Source of the DNA: an uncultured Brevinematales bacterium | Lineage (GTDB): Bacteria > Spirochaetota > Brevinematia > DTOW01 | Direction: 5' to 3' | Assembly (NCBI GenBank): GCA_964475465.1 | Contig: CAYYXA010000068.1 | Span: forward strand, 23,811 to 87,810 | DNA length: 64,000 nt | In this document: positions 1 to 10,552 of the stretch, piece after piece | Numbering within the stretch: position 1 is the stretch's first letter | Layout: the number at the start of each line of letters is the position of its first letter | Notes under the pieces: generated by a model | What the model saw: the letters and a program-made list of their open reading frames with translations, nothing else | Databases searched by the model: none | Told to the model about the DNA's origin: nothing | Made by a program: the position numbers and the translations under genes

Positions 1-672
1 TTGATACTCTCTCTCATCAAACCTCACATTTGGCTTACCCACACTGTACAAAATGTAAGATAGAGCATATATAACCTCAAAAGTAACTTTATTACCTATT
101 GTACTATATATGACATTTTGTATCTCTTCAACGGACCTAAATGGATATAGAATTACACCTTTAGGTGTAACAAATTTATTACTAACCAATATTCTTACAT
201 TGGTGATCTTCTGCAAATATTCGCTACTCAGAGCATAAGAATCAATAATAACTGTATTTAATAATATTTCCTCAATAAGATTAGTTAGTATCCTTTGGGG
301 AATTCTGGTAAGTATCAAGAAACCAATATCTTTCGTGAATCTAATTTCTTTGATAGAAGTACCAAATTCATTTATAAAACCTACAATTTCCGCAATCTCG
401 TCCTTAATGTTGGTAGCTCTAACGACAATGATAGGTAAATTTCTCTTAATACTGCTTATCTGATACTCGTTCATGAAACGAGTAGTTATTGGAGATATAA
501 CATTTGTAGAAGAAACTTTATTAACTTCTACATACCTTACTAAGTCGTCTAGTCTTTTTGAAATTAACAAATAATCCTCTATAACCAACGGCAAGGAAAG
601 AATAACCAAAATGAAGAATAATTTTTCGTATTTCCTAAGGCTTGCGACAAGCCCTTTACGGAGATAATCCAT
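1..672 (-). CDS. Hypothetical exported or membrane-anchored protein, partial (runs off the window start)
   Basis: Not in the ORF track. Hand translation from ATG at 672, 2 nt after the murC stop, gives MDYLRKGLVASLRKYEKLFFILVILSLPLVIED..., open to position 1, with an N-terminal hydrophobic segment. Confidence 0.8.
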   Translation of the reverse strand, partial: MDYLRKGLVASLRKYEKLFFILVILSLPLVIEDYLLISKRLDDLVRYVEVNKVSSTNVISPITTRFMNEYQISSIKRNLPIIVVRATNIKDEIAEIVGFINEFGTSIKEIRFTKDIGFLILTRIPQRILTNLIEEILLNTVIIDSYALSSEYLQKITNVRILVSNKFVTPKGVILYPFRSVEEIQNVIYSTIGNKVTFEVIYALSYILYSVGKPNVRFDEREYQ

Positions 673-674
673 AA

Positions 675-2051
675 CTACTTTTTAACCAACTCCATAACTT
701 TCTGAAAAACTTTATTTATATCCCCTGCCCCCAAAATCACCAAAACCGAATCATCCACCAACAACCCAGATACCAAATCAAATGCTTCTTCCTTAGTTTT
801 AACAAAGAAAACATCTGTTTCTTTTCTCCCCAATTTGATCAACTCATCAACTATAAACTTCGCTGAAAATCCTTCAATCGGCTCCTCCCTAGCACCATAT
901 ACTTCTGTAACGACTATTTTATCAGCAATGTTCAATGCTAAAGCAAAATCTCTATACAAAGCCCATGTTCTAGACCACAAATGAGGTTGGAATAAAGCTA
1001 TAACGTTTCTCCTACCTAAATTCTTAGCTGAAGTTAAGGTAGCTTTTATTTCAGAAGGATGATGCCCATAATCATCAATCACTGTAAACCTCTCATCCTC
1101 GAACTTGATCTCGAACCTCCTTTCAGCGTTCTTAAAATCCTTAAGACTTTGAGCAACAATCCTTGGATCAATTCCCAAGGATATAGCTACACCCATAGCA
1201 GCTAAAGAATTATAAACATTGTGTATTCCAGGAACATTTATTTTCATTCTAACCAAAAACGAACTGTTAAAAAACACATCAAACTCTGTTGAGAGTTTGT
1301 TAAGACTTATAGCATCAGCAACCAAGTTATTACCATCTCTTATGCCGTACGTAATACAACCAACGCGCCCCGACTTAATCATAGCTTCAAATGCCAAGGG
1401 ATCGTCCCCATTAATTATTACTCTACCTTCAGAATCAACATTATTTATATAAGTTGCAAAAGCATTCATTAGGTTATCCATGGTTCTGTAATACTCTGCA
1501 ACGTGATCATTATCAACGCTAGTCACAACACCTATGAAAGGATGAAAATGCAGAAAACTACCAAAAGCCTCACAAGCTTCATAAACGAAATACTTGCTAT
1601 TGCCTATCCTAGCATTACCACCGATGTACGGCAAATTTCCACCATTTGCTACAGTAGGATCAAATCCAGCATCCAAAAGAACTTTCGATACCATAGATGT
1701 AGTGGTAGTCTTGCCATGGGTTCCAGCAACACCTATGGAAACATACTCTTTTTCCATCTCTGCCAGAAGCTCAGCCCTCGATACTACTCTTTTACCAAGC
1801 CTTCGTGCCTTGGAAAGCTCAGGATTATCATCATTCACAGCATTCGTATAAACAACCACATCAACATCATCTTCTAAGTTCTCCTCCCTGTGGCCGACAA
1901 AAGTCCTTATACCCAACCTCTCAAGCTCTCTAAGCTTGTCACTATCCTGTTTGTCAGAACCCAACACTTCATAGCCCTTACTCCTCAAGATCATTGCAAG
2001 TGCACTCATCCCAATACCACCTATACCAACAAAGAAATACTTCTTAGCCAT
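675..2051 (-). CDS. murC: UDP-N-acetylmuramate--L-alanine ligase
   Basis: GIGGIGMSALA N-terminal motif, VAGTHGKTTTTSM P-loop, YEACE, DDYGHHPSEI and LFQPH are all MurC hallmarks. Confidence 0.97.
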   Translation of the reverse strand: MAKKYFFVGIGGIGMSALAMILRSKGYEVLGSDKQDSDKLRELERLGIRTFVGHREENLEDDVDVVVYTNAVNDDNPELSKARRLGKRVVSRAELLAEMEKEYVSIGVAGTHGKTTTTSMVSKVLLDAGFDPTVANGGNLPYIGGNARIGNSKYFVYEACEAFGSFLHFHPFIGVVTSVDNDHVAEYYRTMDNLMNAFATYINNVDSEGRVIINGDDPLAFEAMIKSGRVGCITYGIRDGNNLVADAISLNKLSTEFDVFFNSSFLVRMKINVPGIHNVYNSLAAMGVAISLGIDPRIVAQSLKDFKNAERRFEIKFEDERFTVIDDYGHHPSEIKATLTSAKNLGRRNVIALFQPHLWSRTWALYRDFALALNIADKIVVTEVYGAREEPIEGFSAKFIVDELIKLGRKETDVFFVKTKEEAFDLVSGLLVDDSVLVILGAGDINKVFQKVMELVKK

Positions 2052-2408
2052 TATACCACCTCTTAAGATTTTCCCAAAAAATTATCGTAAAATTCTACTC
2101 CTCTGAAAAGTAATTCTAACAGATTACACCAACCAAAAACAATATCAAATTCAATAATACCCAAAGGTAAAAATCTACTCACAAAACGAGACATAAATAG
2201 CGTTACTCAGCACAAGGAACCATTCATCACATCCAAAATATTATGATTAGGAATACCTCTCCTAATATCCTGTAAAACACCAAGGCACCTTTTTTATAAC
2301 GTCAGAATTATGATGACTGCAACTCAATTTTAACAACGCAAAGTAAAAAACGATACTTTATTAAGTACAAAAAGAGTTTTTATAATTATTTCTAAGAAGA
2401 GGTAAAGG

Positions 2409-3767
2409 ATGGAGGATATCCTAATATTAGGAGCAATAGCTGCAATAATAATTGGTTTCTTGATTGTGTATCTCTTCAGATCACTTATGCAACCTCTTAG
2501 GCTAGACATAATAAAAAAGAAAATAGATGAAAAAAACTATAACGCTGCAATAGCAGATCTTGAAGAATACATAAAAAAAGACGAAAAGAATGCCTTAGCT
2601 CACCTTTACCTAGCAGACTGCTACTACGCAGTAGGTAAAAAAGATTTAGCACTGGTTGAATACAGGCAGGCATTAGCACTTGGTAAATTTTCCTCTCAAG
2701 CAACAGAAAAGCAAACAAGATATAGAATGGCAGATATATATCTCTCATTCGGGCAGTTAGAAGAAGCTCAAAAGGAATTTCTACTAATATCAAAAATGGA
2801 TCCAAACGATTATAAAGCTCTTTTCAACATAGGTAAAATATTTTATGATAGAGGGATGAGAGAAAACGCTTTAAATTACCTACAAAAGGCAGTAAGAATA
2901 AACTCATCGTATGCTGAAGCTTGGTTCTACATCGGCAAAATATATATGGACATGAACAGGTACGGCGATGCATTGTCAGCCCTTTCCAACTGTGTAAAAA
3001 GTGATCCTAAAAACTTTGAAGCACACTACTACGTCGGACTTATATACAAGTCTATGAACAATTTCTCAAAGGCAATGCAAGAATTCGAAATAGCCGAACG
3101 AACACCCGACAATTCTCTTAAAATCAAAGTCATATACCAAATAGGCCTAATAGCTTCTGAAACAGGAAACCTAGACAAGGCAATCTCAGAATTCCAAAGG
3201 GCGTTAAAATACGCTAACGAGGAGAATAATGTAACAATAGCTATAAGGTATGCCCTAGCATCAGTTTACGAATCAAGAAAACTTATAATTGAGGCAATAG
3301 AACAATGGGAAAGAATAGCTCAATATAGACCTAACTATCTTGATGTACAAGAAAAACTAATGAAATACTCAGACTTGAGAATGGACGATAAACTAAAGGA
3401 CTTTGTCACTTGCTCAACTTCCACTTTTGAAATTCTCTCGCAAAAAGTTGTATCCCAGATGGGATACGACGTGATAGACAGCAAAATAATTAATGATAAC
3501 GTAGTACACATGATAGCACTCGAGAAAGCTGGAAGATGGGCCAACGTTAGGCAGGGTAAGGTATTCGTAGTTGTTTCAAGAAGTGGAGATCCCGTAGATG
3601 ATGATGTTCTATCATTCATCGTCGAAAAGGTTAAAACCTTACACGCCCTAAAGGGAATGTGTATAACTGTATCAAAATTTACCCCAAAAGCAATAAGATA
3701 TGCAGAAAACAGACCTATAATTCTTATCGACAGAAACGAATTGACAAAGTGGCTAAAAGAAATATAA
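2409..3767 (+). CDS. Membrane-anchored TPR protein with C-terminal Mrr-like (restriction endonuclease fold) domain
   Basis: N-terminal TM helix, about 8 TPR-like repeats (ALAHLYLADCYY, AWFYIGKIY, AHYYVGLIY) and an Mrr_cat-like tail GMCITVSKFTPKAIRYAENRPIILIDRNEL. Confidence 0.75.
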   Translation: MEDILILGAIAAIIIGFLIVYLFRSLMQPLRLDIIKKKIDEKNYNAAIADLEEYIKKDEKNALAHLYLADCYYAVGKKDLALVEYRQALALGKFSSQATEKQTRYRMADIYLSFGQLEEAQKEFLLISKMDPNDYKALFNIGKIFYDRGMRENALNYLQKAVRINSSYAEAWFYIGKIYMDMNRYGDALSALSNCVKSDPKNFEAHYYVGLIYKSMNNFSKAMQEFEIAERTPDNSLKIKVIYQIGLIASETGNLDKAISEFQRALKYANEENNVTIAIRYALASVYESRKLIIEAIEQWERIAQYRPNYLDVQEKLMKYSDLRMDDKLKDFVTCSTSTFEILSQKVVSQMGYDVIDSKIINDNVVHMIALEKAGRWANVRQGKVFVVVSRSGDPVDDDVLSFIVEKVKTLHALKGMCITVSKFTPKAIRYAENRPIILIDRNELTKWLKEI

Positions 3768-4889
3768 CTATCTTCTGTATACCCTAGGCACTCTATTTGA
3801 AATGCTGCAGGTGACTTCATACGGTATCATACCTACACTCATAGCAAATTCTTCAACTTTTATACCTCCCTGCTCACTCTCTCCAAATATCAAAACTTCA
3901 TCCCCGACATCTATATTACTAGGTATTAAGACCATCATATAGTCCATAGTTATCCTACCAATGACAGGACACTCTAAACCATTAACTAAAACTCTCATTT
4001 TGTTAGAATGTAAAGTTGTTATGCCATCCGCATATCCGCAAGGTATAACTCCAACAAAACCATCCCTCTCCATAAAGTATGTCCTGTTGTAGCTTATACT
4101 CTCACCCTTTCTGAAAAACTTCTTCAGTGCTATATAAGATTTTAAAGCCATAGAGTTTTTTAAAATCACTCTATCTCTCAAATCAAGATTAGGGTAATAA
4201 CCATAAATCGATAACCCACATCTCGCAAAATCGTATTTTGAAGCCTCAGGTACATTCAAAACTCCTCCACTATTGGAAACATGAGTAAAGAACCCTGGAA
4301 AAACCTTTTTTATCTCCTCCACAACATTATCAAAAATACTAAGTTGGTGAAGTGCAAACTCTCTATCAGAATCAGAGGAAGGAAAATGTGTCATTACGTC
4401 AGTAAGCTCTAAGTTTTTTACACTTCCAAGAACCTCTATAAGCTTTCTTAAATCCCTGTAATGCACACCAAGCCTGCCCATTCCCGTATCTATCTCAATC
4501 CCAAACCTTAACTTTTTACCTAGTGACCTAGCCTTCCTTTCCATCTCTTCAATAAAAGAGATATCACTAACTATAGGTATAAAAACATCATAACGAGCCA
4601 AAAATTCTATATCCCTTGGTGCAAGAGGAGAGAATATAAGAACATCAGCATTCATACCTACTTCAAAAATCTCAATAGCTTCTTCTAGAAATGCTACTGC
4701 AAACCTTCTCACTCCTTTCTTATAAAAATACGAAAAAACTTCAACAGCTCCATGACCGTAAGCATTAGCCTTTATAACAGGAATTATCGGCTTACCATTG
4801 TTCAATCTAATAAGCTTTTTGTAGTTTTCATACATTACCTCCAAATTGATCTCGGCAAACGTTTCCCGAAAATTTCTAATCTCAAGCAT
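3768..4889 (-). CDS. alr: Alanine racemase
   Basis: PLP-lysine motif VIKANAYGHG, IEIDTGMGRLG, MTHF and GYADG. Start moved to MLEIRN at 4889 because the upstream 23 codons do not resemble Alr. Confidence 0.95.
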   Translation of the reverse strand: MLEIRNFRETFAEINLEVMYENYKKLIRLNNGKPIIPVIKANAYGHGAVEVFSYFYKKGVRRFAVAFLEEAIEIFEVGMNADVLIFSPLAPRDIEFLARYDVFIPIVSDISFIEEMERKARSLGKKLRFGIEIDTGMGRLGVHYRDLRKLIEVLGSVKNLELTDVMTHFPSSDSDREFALHQLSIFDNVVEEIKKVFPGFFTHVSNSGGVLNVPEASKYDFARCGLSIYGYYPNLDLRDRVILKNSMALKSYIALKKFFRKGESISYNRTYFMERDGFVGVIPCGYADGITTLHSNKMRVLVNGLECPVIGRITMDYMMVLIPSNIDVGDEVLIFGESEQGGIKVEEFAMSVGMIPYEVTCSISNRVPRVYRR

Positions 4890-4997
4890 GCACTTAATTT
4901 TGTAAAATTCAAACACATCAAAGCAAAAATAGTTCCCAAAGCACATTCTTATAATCAAATGTGAAAAACATACATCTAATTAATTAAGATTTCACTC

Positions 4998-5936
4998 GTG
5001 AAAAGTCCATTACTAAAATTGAGTAATTTCTCAATAATTCATAAAGAAACAAACAAAACGATTGTAAGAGACCTCTCATTCGAAGTTTATGAAAACGAAG
5101 TAGTAGGAATCATAGGTGAAAGCGGATCTGGGAAAAGTTTAACAATGCTTTCAATACTAGGTATTATTCCCGGCTCTCTGGAAATCTCAGGTGAAATATA
5201 CTTCGAAGGAGAAAAGGTAGAAGACACGAAGAACATACGAGGCAAAAAAATATCAATGATCTTCCAAGATCCTCTAACTGCATTAAACCCTGTACTCAAA
5301 ATAATCGACCAAGTCAAGCTGATTTCAAAATCAAACAAAATGGAATTCAGTAGCACATTAGAGGAGTTCAAAAAACTTCTTTTTAGTATGAAGATCCCAA
5401 ATCCTGAAAGAGTACTGAAAAGTTTTCCACACCAGCTTAGCGGTGGAATGCTACAGAGAGTAGCCATAGCACTAGTTCTATTACTTAAGCCTAAGCTAAT
5501 AATAGCTGACGAACCAACTACTTCTCTCGACGTTACCGTACAAAAGGAAATAATAAGTATAATAAAAAAAATAAAGACAACCGAAAGCAAATCTATAATA
5601 TTCGTAACTCACGATATAATGCTAGCTAAAGAGTTAGTAGATAGAATAATAGTTATGTACGCAGGTGAAATAATGGAAATAGGAAGCACAAATAAGATAA
5701 TAGAATCTCCGCTACATCCATACACCAAATTACTCATAGATTCTGTTCCAAAGGTAGACGGTAAACCCGAAAGACTAGCATTTCTCCGAGGTAGAGTCCC
5801 CCATTTCTCAGAGATAACCAGTGGTTGCGTATTTTTCGATAGATGTCCTATAGCAGAATATGGCAAATGTAACGTCTCCAAACCAAACATTCAAAGGAAA
5901 TATGACAACCAGCTAGTAAAGTGCTTTTTCGCTTAG
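4998..5936 (+). CDS. oppD: Oligopeptide/dipeptide ABC transporter ATP-binding subunit (OppD/DppD family)
   Basis: GESGSGKS Walker A, IFQDP, PHQLSGGMLQRV signature, IIADEPTTSLD, and the C-terminal HPYT...GCVFFDRCP Cys motif. Confidence 0.9.
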   Translation: MKSPLLKLSNFSIIHKETNKTIVRDLSFEVYENEVVGIIGESGSGKSLTMLSILGIIPGSLEISGEIYFEGEKVEDTKNIRGKKISMIFQDPLTALNPVLKIIDQVKLISKSNKMEFSSTLEEFKKLLFSMKIPNPERVLKSFPHQLSGGMLQRVAIALVLLLKPKLIIADEPTTSLDVTVQKEIISIIKKIKTTESKSIIFVTHDIMLAKELVDRIIVMYAGEIMEIGSTNKIIESPLHPYTKLLIDSVPKVDGKPERLAFLRGRVPHFSEITSGCVFFDRCPIAEYGKCNVSKPNIQRKYDNQLVKCFFA

Positions 5937-6988
5937 TTCTGCCTTGATTTCTTAGGTGTTGTCTGATGTTTTTCTTTTTCTGCAACCATCTCTTCTTCAT
6001 CAATCTGAGTGAATATTATTCTTCCCGAAGAAGTCTGAAGAATACTAGTCACTTTCACAGGAACTTCCTTATTCATATACTCTTTACCATTCTCCAGAAC
6101 CACCATTGTACCATCAGGCAAATACCCTATTCCCTGATTTTTCTCTTTACCTTCTTTGATTATGTGTATTCTTATCTTTTCTCCAGGCAGATATATCTGC
6201 CTTAAAGCCATAGCTAAATCATTTATGTTAAGAACCTTTATACCTTCTATCTTAGCAACTTTGTTAAGGTTATAATCATTTGTGACAATTGCTCCATTAA
6301 TATCCTTAGCAAGCTTCAAAAGCTTTTCATCAGTCTTGTTTATATTCTCATAGTCCCTAGTTATTATCTTAAGGTTTATATGTGGAATGTCCTTAAGCTC
6401 ATTGAGTATATCCAAACCTCTTCTTGCACGATTTCTTTTCAAATTTTCCTGGGAATCGGCAAGCATCTGTATTTCTGCAAGAACAAACTTAGGAACATAA
6501 ACGATCCCGTCGAGAAAGCCAGTCCTGGCTATTTCCGCTATTCTTCCATCTATTATAACCGAGGTATCGAGAATCTTCACCCTGTAAGGAGAAGAACCTT
6601 CACCTTCACTTTGTTGTACAGACTGTTGAACCGACGACATATAAAAGGGCTTTAGCCCCTGAACAAATATAGGAGCAAAAAAACCTATATAAGAAAACGC
6701 TATCTTCCAGAAAAGACTCAGATCAATATAATTATTCTTGAGAAGTTCCCTAAGCATCTCATCAACTAAAGTACCAAAGTAAAAACCAGCAATACCTCCC
6801 AAAAATGAGTAAATTATGTCAAACTTAACATTAGTTACCACTCTTTCAACAAGCAAAGTTATCAAACCAAACGTAAATCCGACAACCAAGTACTCAATCA
6901 ACTTCCCTCCAATAACCCCGTAAATGATACCAACAGCTAACAAAAGTATAAGGGGTATAAAAATTCTAAAAACTTGTTTCGGTTTCAT
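5933..6988 (-). CDS. Membrane-bound PIN/TRAM domain protein (YacL family)
   Basis: N-terminal TM helices, ILDTSVIIDGRI PIN motif, RARRGLDIL, VTNDYNLNKVA and the TRAM motif QGIGYLPDGTMVVLE. Confidence 0.92.
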   Translation of the reverse strand: MKPKQVFRIFIPLILLLAVGIIYGVIGGKLIEYLVVGFTFGLITLLVERVVTNVKFDIIYSFLGGIAGFYFGTLVDEMLRELLKNNYIDLSLFWKIAFSYIGFFAPIFVQGLKPFYMSSVQQSVQQSEGEGSSPYRVKILDTSVIIDGRIAEIARTGFLDGIVYVPKFVLAEIQMLADSQENLKRNRARRGLDILNELKDIPHINLKIITRDYENINKTDEKLLKLAKDINGAIVTNDYNLNKVAKIEGIKVLNINDLAMALRQIYLPGEKIRIHIIKEGKEKNQGIGYLPDGTMVVLENGKEYMNKEVPVKVTSILQTSSGRIIFTQIDEEEMVAEKEKHQTTPKKSRQN

Positions 6989-7174
6989 AAAACCTCCTTC
7001 CCCCTAAAACCTCAATTTAGATTATGAATGATTGAAGGGTACTTTTTATAACTTATTATGATGTAGGACGAAAAATTTTACACAAAAGCCATAAATTTTA
7101 TAAGAAATCAAATAACCTACAAAGAGTTTTTACCTATAGCACTACAAAAATTGCTCCAAAAGTTTAAAGAGTAA

Positions 7175-7200
7175 TAGAGGTGGCAAATGCGCCACCTCTA
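7175..7200 (-). terminator. Intrinsic terminator hairpin after ilvD
   Basis: Perfect 10-bp inverted repeat TAGAGGTGGC-N6-GCCACCTCTA, 6 nt past the ilvD stop, followed by TTACTCTTT on the - strand. Confidence 0.75.
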
Positions 7201-7206
7201 AATTAC

Positions 7207-8862
7207 CTAATAGTTAACAATTGCACCTTTATCTGCTGAACAAACAAGTTTAGAATACCTAGCCAGATAGCCATGCTTGACTTTTGGTTCTGGCTGTTTC
7301 CATTCTTTTTTCCTTCTCTGAAATTCCTCTTCAGTTATCTTTAAGTCCAATCTTTTAGCGATCATATCAATATGAATTATATCTCCCTCTTTGACGAGAG
7401 CTATAGGACCTCCTGCCATAGCTTCAGGTGAAACATGGCCTATACATGGTCCCCTTGTACCGCCACTGAATCTACCATCTGTTATGAGCGCCACACTATC
7501 ACCAAGCCCCATCCCCATTATTGCTGAAGTAGGTGATAACATTTCCCTCATGCCAGGCCCACCAGCTGGCCCCTCATACCTTATTACAACCACATCACCA
7601 GGTTTTATTTTCTTAGTTAATATCGCCTTAACAGCATCCTCCTCTGAATCAAACACCCTAGCTGGTCCCTCATGCTTATACATCTTGGGGTCAACAGCTG
7701 CTATCTTAACAACCGCACCATCAGGCGCTAAACTACCCCTCAACACTCTTAATCCTGCCTCCTGGTGATACGGGTTATCTATTGGTCTTATAACTTCATA
7801 GTTTATATACTTAACTTGATTAATAATCTCTTTCACCGTTTTACCGCTAACCGTCTTAGTATTTCTCATCTTAGATTCCAAAACTTTCATAACAGCCGGT
7901 ATTCCTCCAGCTCTATGTAAATCAACCATGTAATGCTTACCACCCGGCCTCAAAGATGCTATATGTGGCACCTCAGAACTAAGCCTATCAAAATCATCAA
8001 GAGTTATTAAATCTTTCTCAACCTCATTAGCTATTGCCAATAAGTGCAAAACTGTATTTGTTGAGCCACCAAGTGCCAAATCTATCATTATTGCGTTTTC
8101 AAATGCCTCCTTCGTGAGTATATCTTTCGGCTTAACATTATTTTTTACAAGTTCAACAATTTTCTCACCAACTTTTTTAGCAAGTCTCACTCTTTCAGCT
8201 TCTACTGCAGGTATAGTAGCACCATAAGGTAAGGTTAATCCCAAAGCTTCAACTATGCAAGCCATGCTGTTAGCAGTGAACATACCGGCACAACTGCCTG
8301 GGCCAGGGCAAGCGTAATTCTCTATCTTCTCTAGCTCTTCTTCTTTTATCTTACCTACCTCATACTGCCCAACAGCTTCAAAAACATCTATCAAGTCATA
8401 ATTTTTACCTTCTACCTGACCAGGATACATTGGACCACCAGTTAGTACGATGAAAGGTATATTAAGTCTTATAGCTCCCATCAGCATACCTGGCACTATC
8501 TTGTCGCAAGAAGTTATTAGAACAAGGCCATCGAAAGCATGGGCCATAGCCATAGATTCAACAGAATCGGCAATCAATTCTCTCGAAGGAAGAGAATACT
8601 TCATTCCTTCATGTCCCATCGCAATACCATCATCTATAGCTATAGTGTTAAACTCAAAAGGTGTACCACCAGCAGCATACACACCTTTTTTAACGGCATC
8701 GGCCAGAGTCCTAAGATGGATATGCCCCGGAACAATCTCAGTAAATGAGTTTACAATACCTATAAAAGGCTTACTTAGCTCCTCGTCAGTATATCCATCA
8801 GCTTTAAGCAAAGCTCTATGCGGTGCTCTAATTATACCCCTTTTCACTCGATCACTAATCAT
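7207..8862 (-). CDS. ilvD: Dihydroxy-acid dehydratase
   Basis: [58 protein letters not shown] and DGRFSGGT. Confidence 0.97.
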   Translation of the reverse strand: MISDRVKRGIIRAPHRALLKADGYTDEELSKPFIGIVNSFTEIVPGHIHLRTLADAVKKGVYAAGGTPFEFNTIAIDDGIAMGHEGMKYSLPSRELIADSVESMAMAHAFDGLVLITSCDKIVPGMLMGAIRLNIPFIVLTGGPMYPGQVEGKNYDLIDVFEAVGQYEVGKIKEEELEKIENYACPGPGSCAGMFTANSMACIVEALGLTLPYGATIPAVEAERVRLAKKVGEKIVELVKNNVKPKDILTKEAFENAIMIDLALGGSTNTVLHLLAIANEVEKDLITLDDFDRLSSEVPHIASLRPGGKHYMVDLHRAGGIPAVMKVLESKMRNTKTVSGKTVKEIINQVKYINYEVIRPIDNPYHQEAGLRVLRGSLAPDGAVVKIAAVDPKMYKHEGPARVFDSEEDAVKAILTKKIKPGDVVVIRYEGPAGGPGMREMLSPTSAIMGMGLGDSVALITDGRFSGGTRGPCIGHVSPEAMAGGPIALVKEGDIIHIDMIAKRLDLKITEEEFQRRKKEWKQPEPKVKHGYLARYSKLVCSADKGAIVNY

Positions 8863-8980
8863 AATACCCTCCGTAAATCTTAGTTAATTTAAATGATAAA
8901 AAACGAGAAAAAGAAAATCAAATACAATCAAAATTCTTGATTTTCAAAGCTCTATAGGAGTATCATATTCAGAAAATATT

Positions 8981-10552
8981 ATGGATAAAACGTTTATAAA
9001 CACAGATGTTCTGATAATTGGTTTAGGAATAGCAGGAGCAACAGTAGCCTACAAACTAGCTGAAGCAGGTCTTAATGTAACAGTAGTACTCAAAGGAACT
9101 TTAGACGATGATGGCAATACCCACTATGCACAAGGTGGAATCGTTTACAAAAGTGATACAGATTCCCCTGAATTATTGTACAGAGACATAATGGAAGCAG
9201 GAAGTTGGGTTAATAACCCAGAAGCAGTAAGAGTTCTAGCTTTCGAGGGTCCCCAAATACTCAAAGAATTCTTAATAGACAAAATAGGAGTGGAATTCTA
9301 CAAAGACGAAAGAGGGAATCTTGAACTTACAGAAGAAGGGGCACACTCTGTAAGAAGAATAATATTTTCTGGCGACAAAACAGGCAAGGTAATAATAACA
9401 AAACTCATAGAATCTCTAAAGAAATTCGAGAACATAACAATCTTAGAAAACCATATAGCTATAGATCTAATAACGTGGCAATTCCACTCCAGAGACCGAC
9501 TAAGAATGTACAAAGACAAAACTTGTTTAGGAGCATACGTATATGACGAAAAAAACAAAACGGTAAGAAACATAACTGCAAAAGCAACTGTTTTAGCAAC
9601 TGGAGGAATGGGGAAAGTATATCTTTTCAATACAAATTCTGAAATAGCAACGGGTGACGGATATGCAATGGCATACAGAGTAGGAGCAGAACTAATAAAC
9701 ATGGAATACACTCAATTCCACCCAACAACCTTATACCACCCTCTAAAGAAAAACTTTTTACTCTCTGAATCGCTAAGAGGAGAAGGAGCAATCATCGTTA
9801 ACCACAAAGGTGAAAGGTTCTTATTCAAGTTTGACCCCAGGGGAGAATTAGCACCGAGAGATATAGTTACCCGCGGGATAATATCAGAACTCACTTCCAC
9901 TGGCCAAGAATGCGTTTTTTTAGACGCCTCCAAGATAGGCTCCAAAGAAAAGATAAGATCGAGATTTCCAACAATATACCAAACTCTAGAAAGCATAGGA
10001 ATTGACATGAGCACTGACCTTATACCGATAGTACCAGCTTTTCACTTTCAGTGCGGTGGAGTGAAAACTGACATCTACGGTAAAACTAACATAAAAAGGC
10101 TATTTGCAGTTGGAGAAGTGGCTTGTAACGGATTACACGGAGCCAACAGATTAGCAAGTACTTCCTTACTCGAAGGTGTTGTATTTGGACATTACCTAGC
10201 CAAATTCATAGTAGAAAACATAGAGAAAGAAATCTTCAAAGAGTTTCCAGAGATAGAACCTTGGGTAGATACAGGTACCGAGGAAGTTGACGCAATTTTG
10301 CTTAAGCAGGACTGGGATACATTGAGAGCAATAATGTGGAATTACGTGGGGCCTATAAGAACTAGAAAAAGACTTAAAAGATCGTTAGTTGATATAAAAA
10401 ACCTCCAGCTGGGAATAGAAGATTTCTACAAAGATGCCAAAATATCCAGAAACATAATAGAACTAAGAAACGCTATACAAACAGGTTACATAGTTGCATT
10501 ATCAGCATGGGCTAACAAAAAAAGTATAGGCGCACACTGCAGAATTGATTAA
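8981..10552 (+). CDS. nadB: L-aspartate oxidase
   Basis: GLGIAG FAD motif, YAQGGI, EGAHSVRRI, QFHPT, LSESLRGEG, ELAPRDIV and GLHGANRLASTSLLEG. Confidence 0.95.
   Translation: MDKTFINTDVLIIGLGIAGATVAYKLAEAGLNVTVVLKGTLDDDGNTHYAQGGIVYKSDTDSPELLYRDIMEAGSWVNNPEAVRVLAFEGPQILKEFLIDKIGVEFYKDERGNLELTEEGAHSVRRIIFSGDKTGKVIITKLIESLKKFENITILENHIAIDLITWQFHSRDRLRMYKDKTCLGAYVYDEKNKTVRNITAKATVLATGGMGKVYLFNTNSEIATGDGYAMAYRVGAELINMEYTQFHPTTLYHPLKKNFLLSESLRGEGAIIVNHKGERFLFKFDPRGELAPRDIVTRGIISELTSTGQECVFLDASKIGSKEKIRSRFPTIYQTLESIGIDMSTDLIPIVPAFHFQCGGVKTDIYGKTNIKRLFAVGEVACNGLHGANRLASTSLLEGVVFGHYLAKFIVENIEKEIFKEFPEIEPWVDTGTEEVDAILLKQDWDTLRAIMWNYVGPIRTRKRLKRSLVDIKNLQLGIEDFYKDAKISRNIIELRNAIQTGYIVALSAWANKKSIGAHCRID

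Noticed and set aside
8925-8943. Short inverted repeat AATCAA-N5-TTGATT between ilvD and nadB as a NAD-regulon operator
   Set aside because: Only 6 bp in very AT-rich DNA, and it overlaps a likely -35 box; expected by chance.
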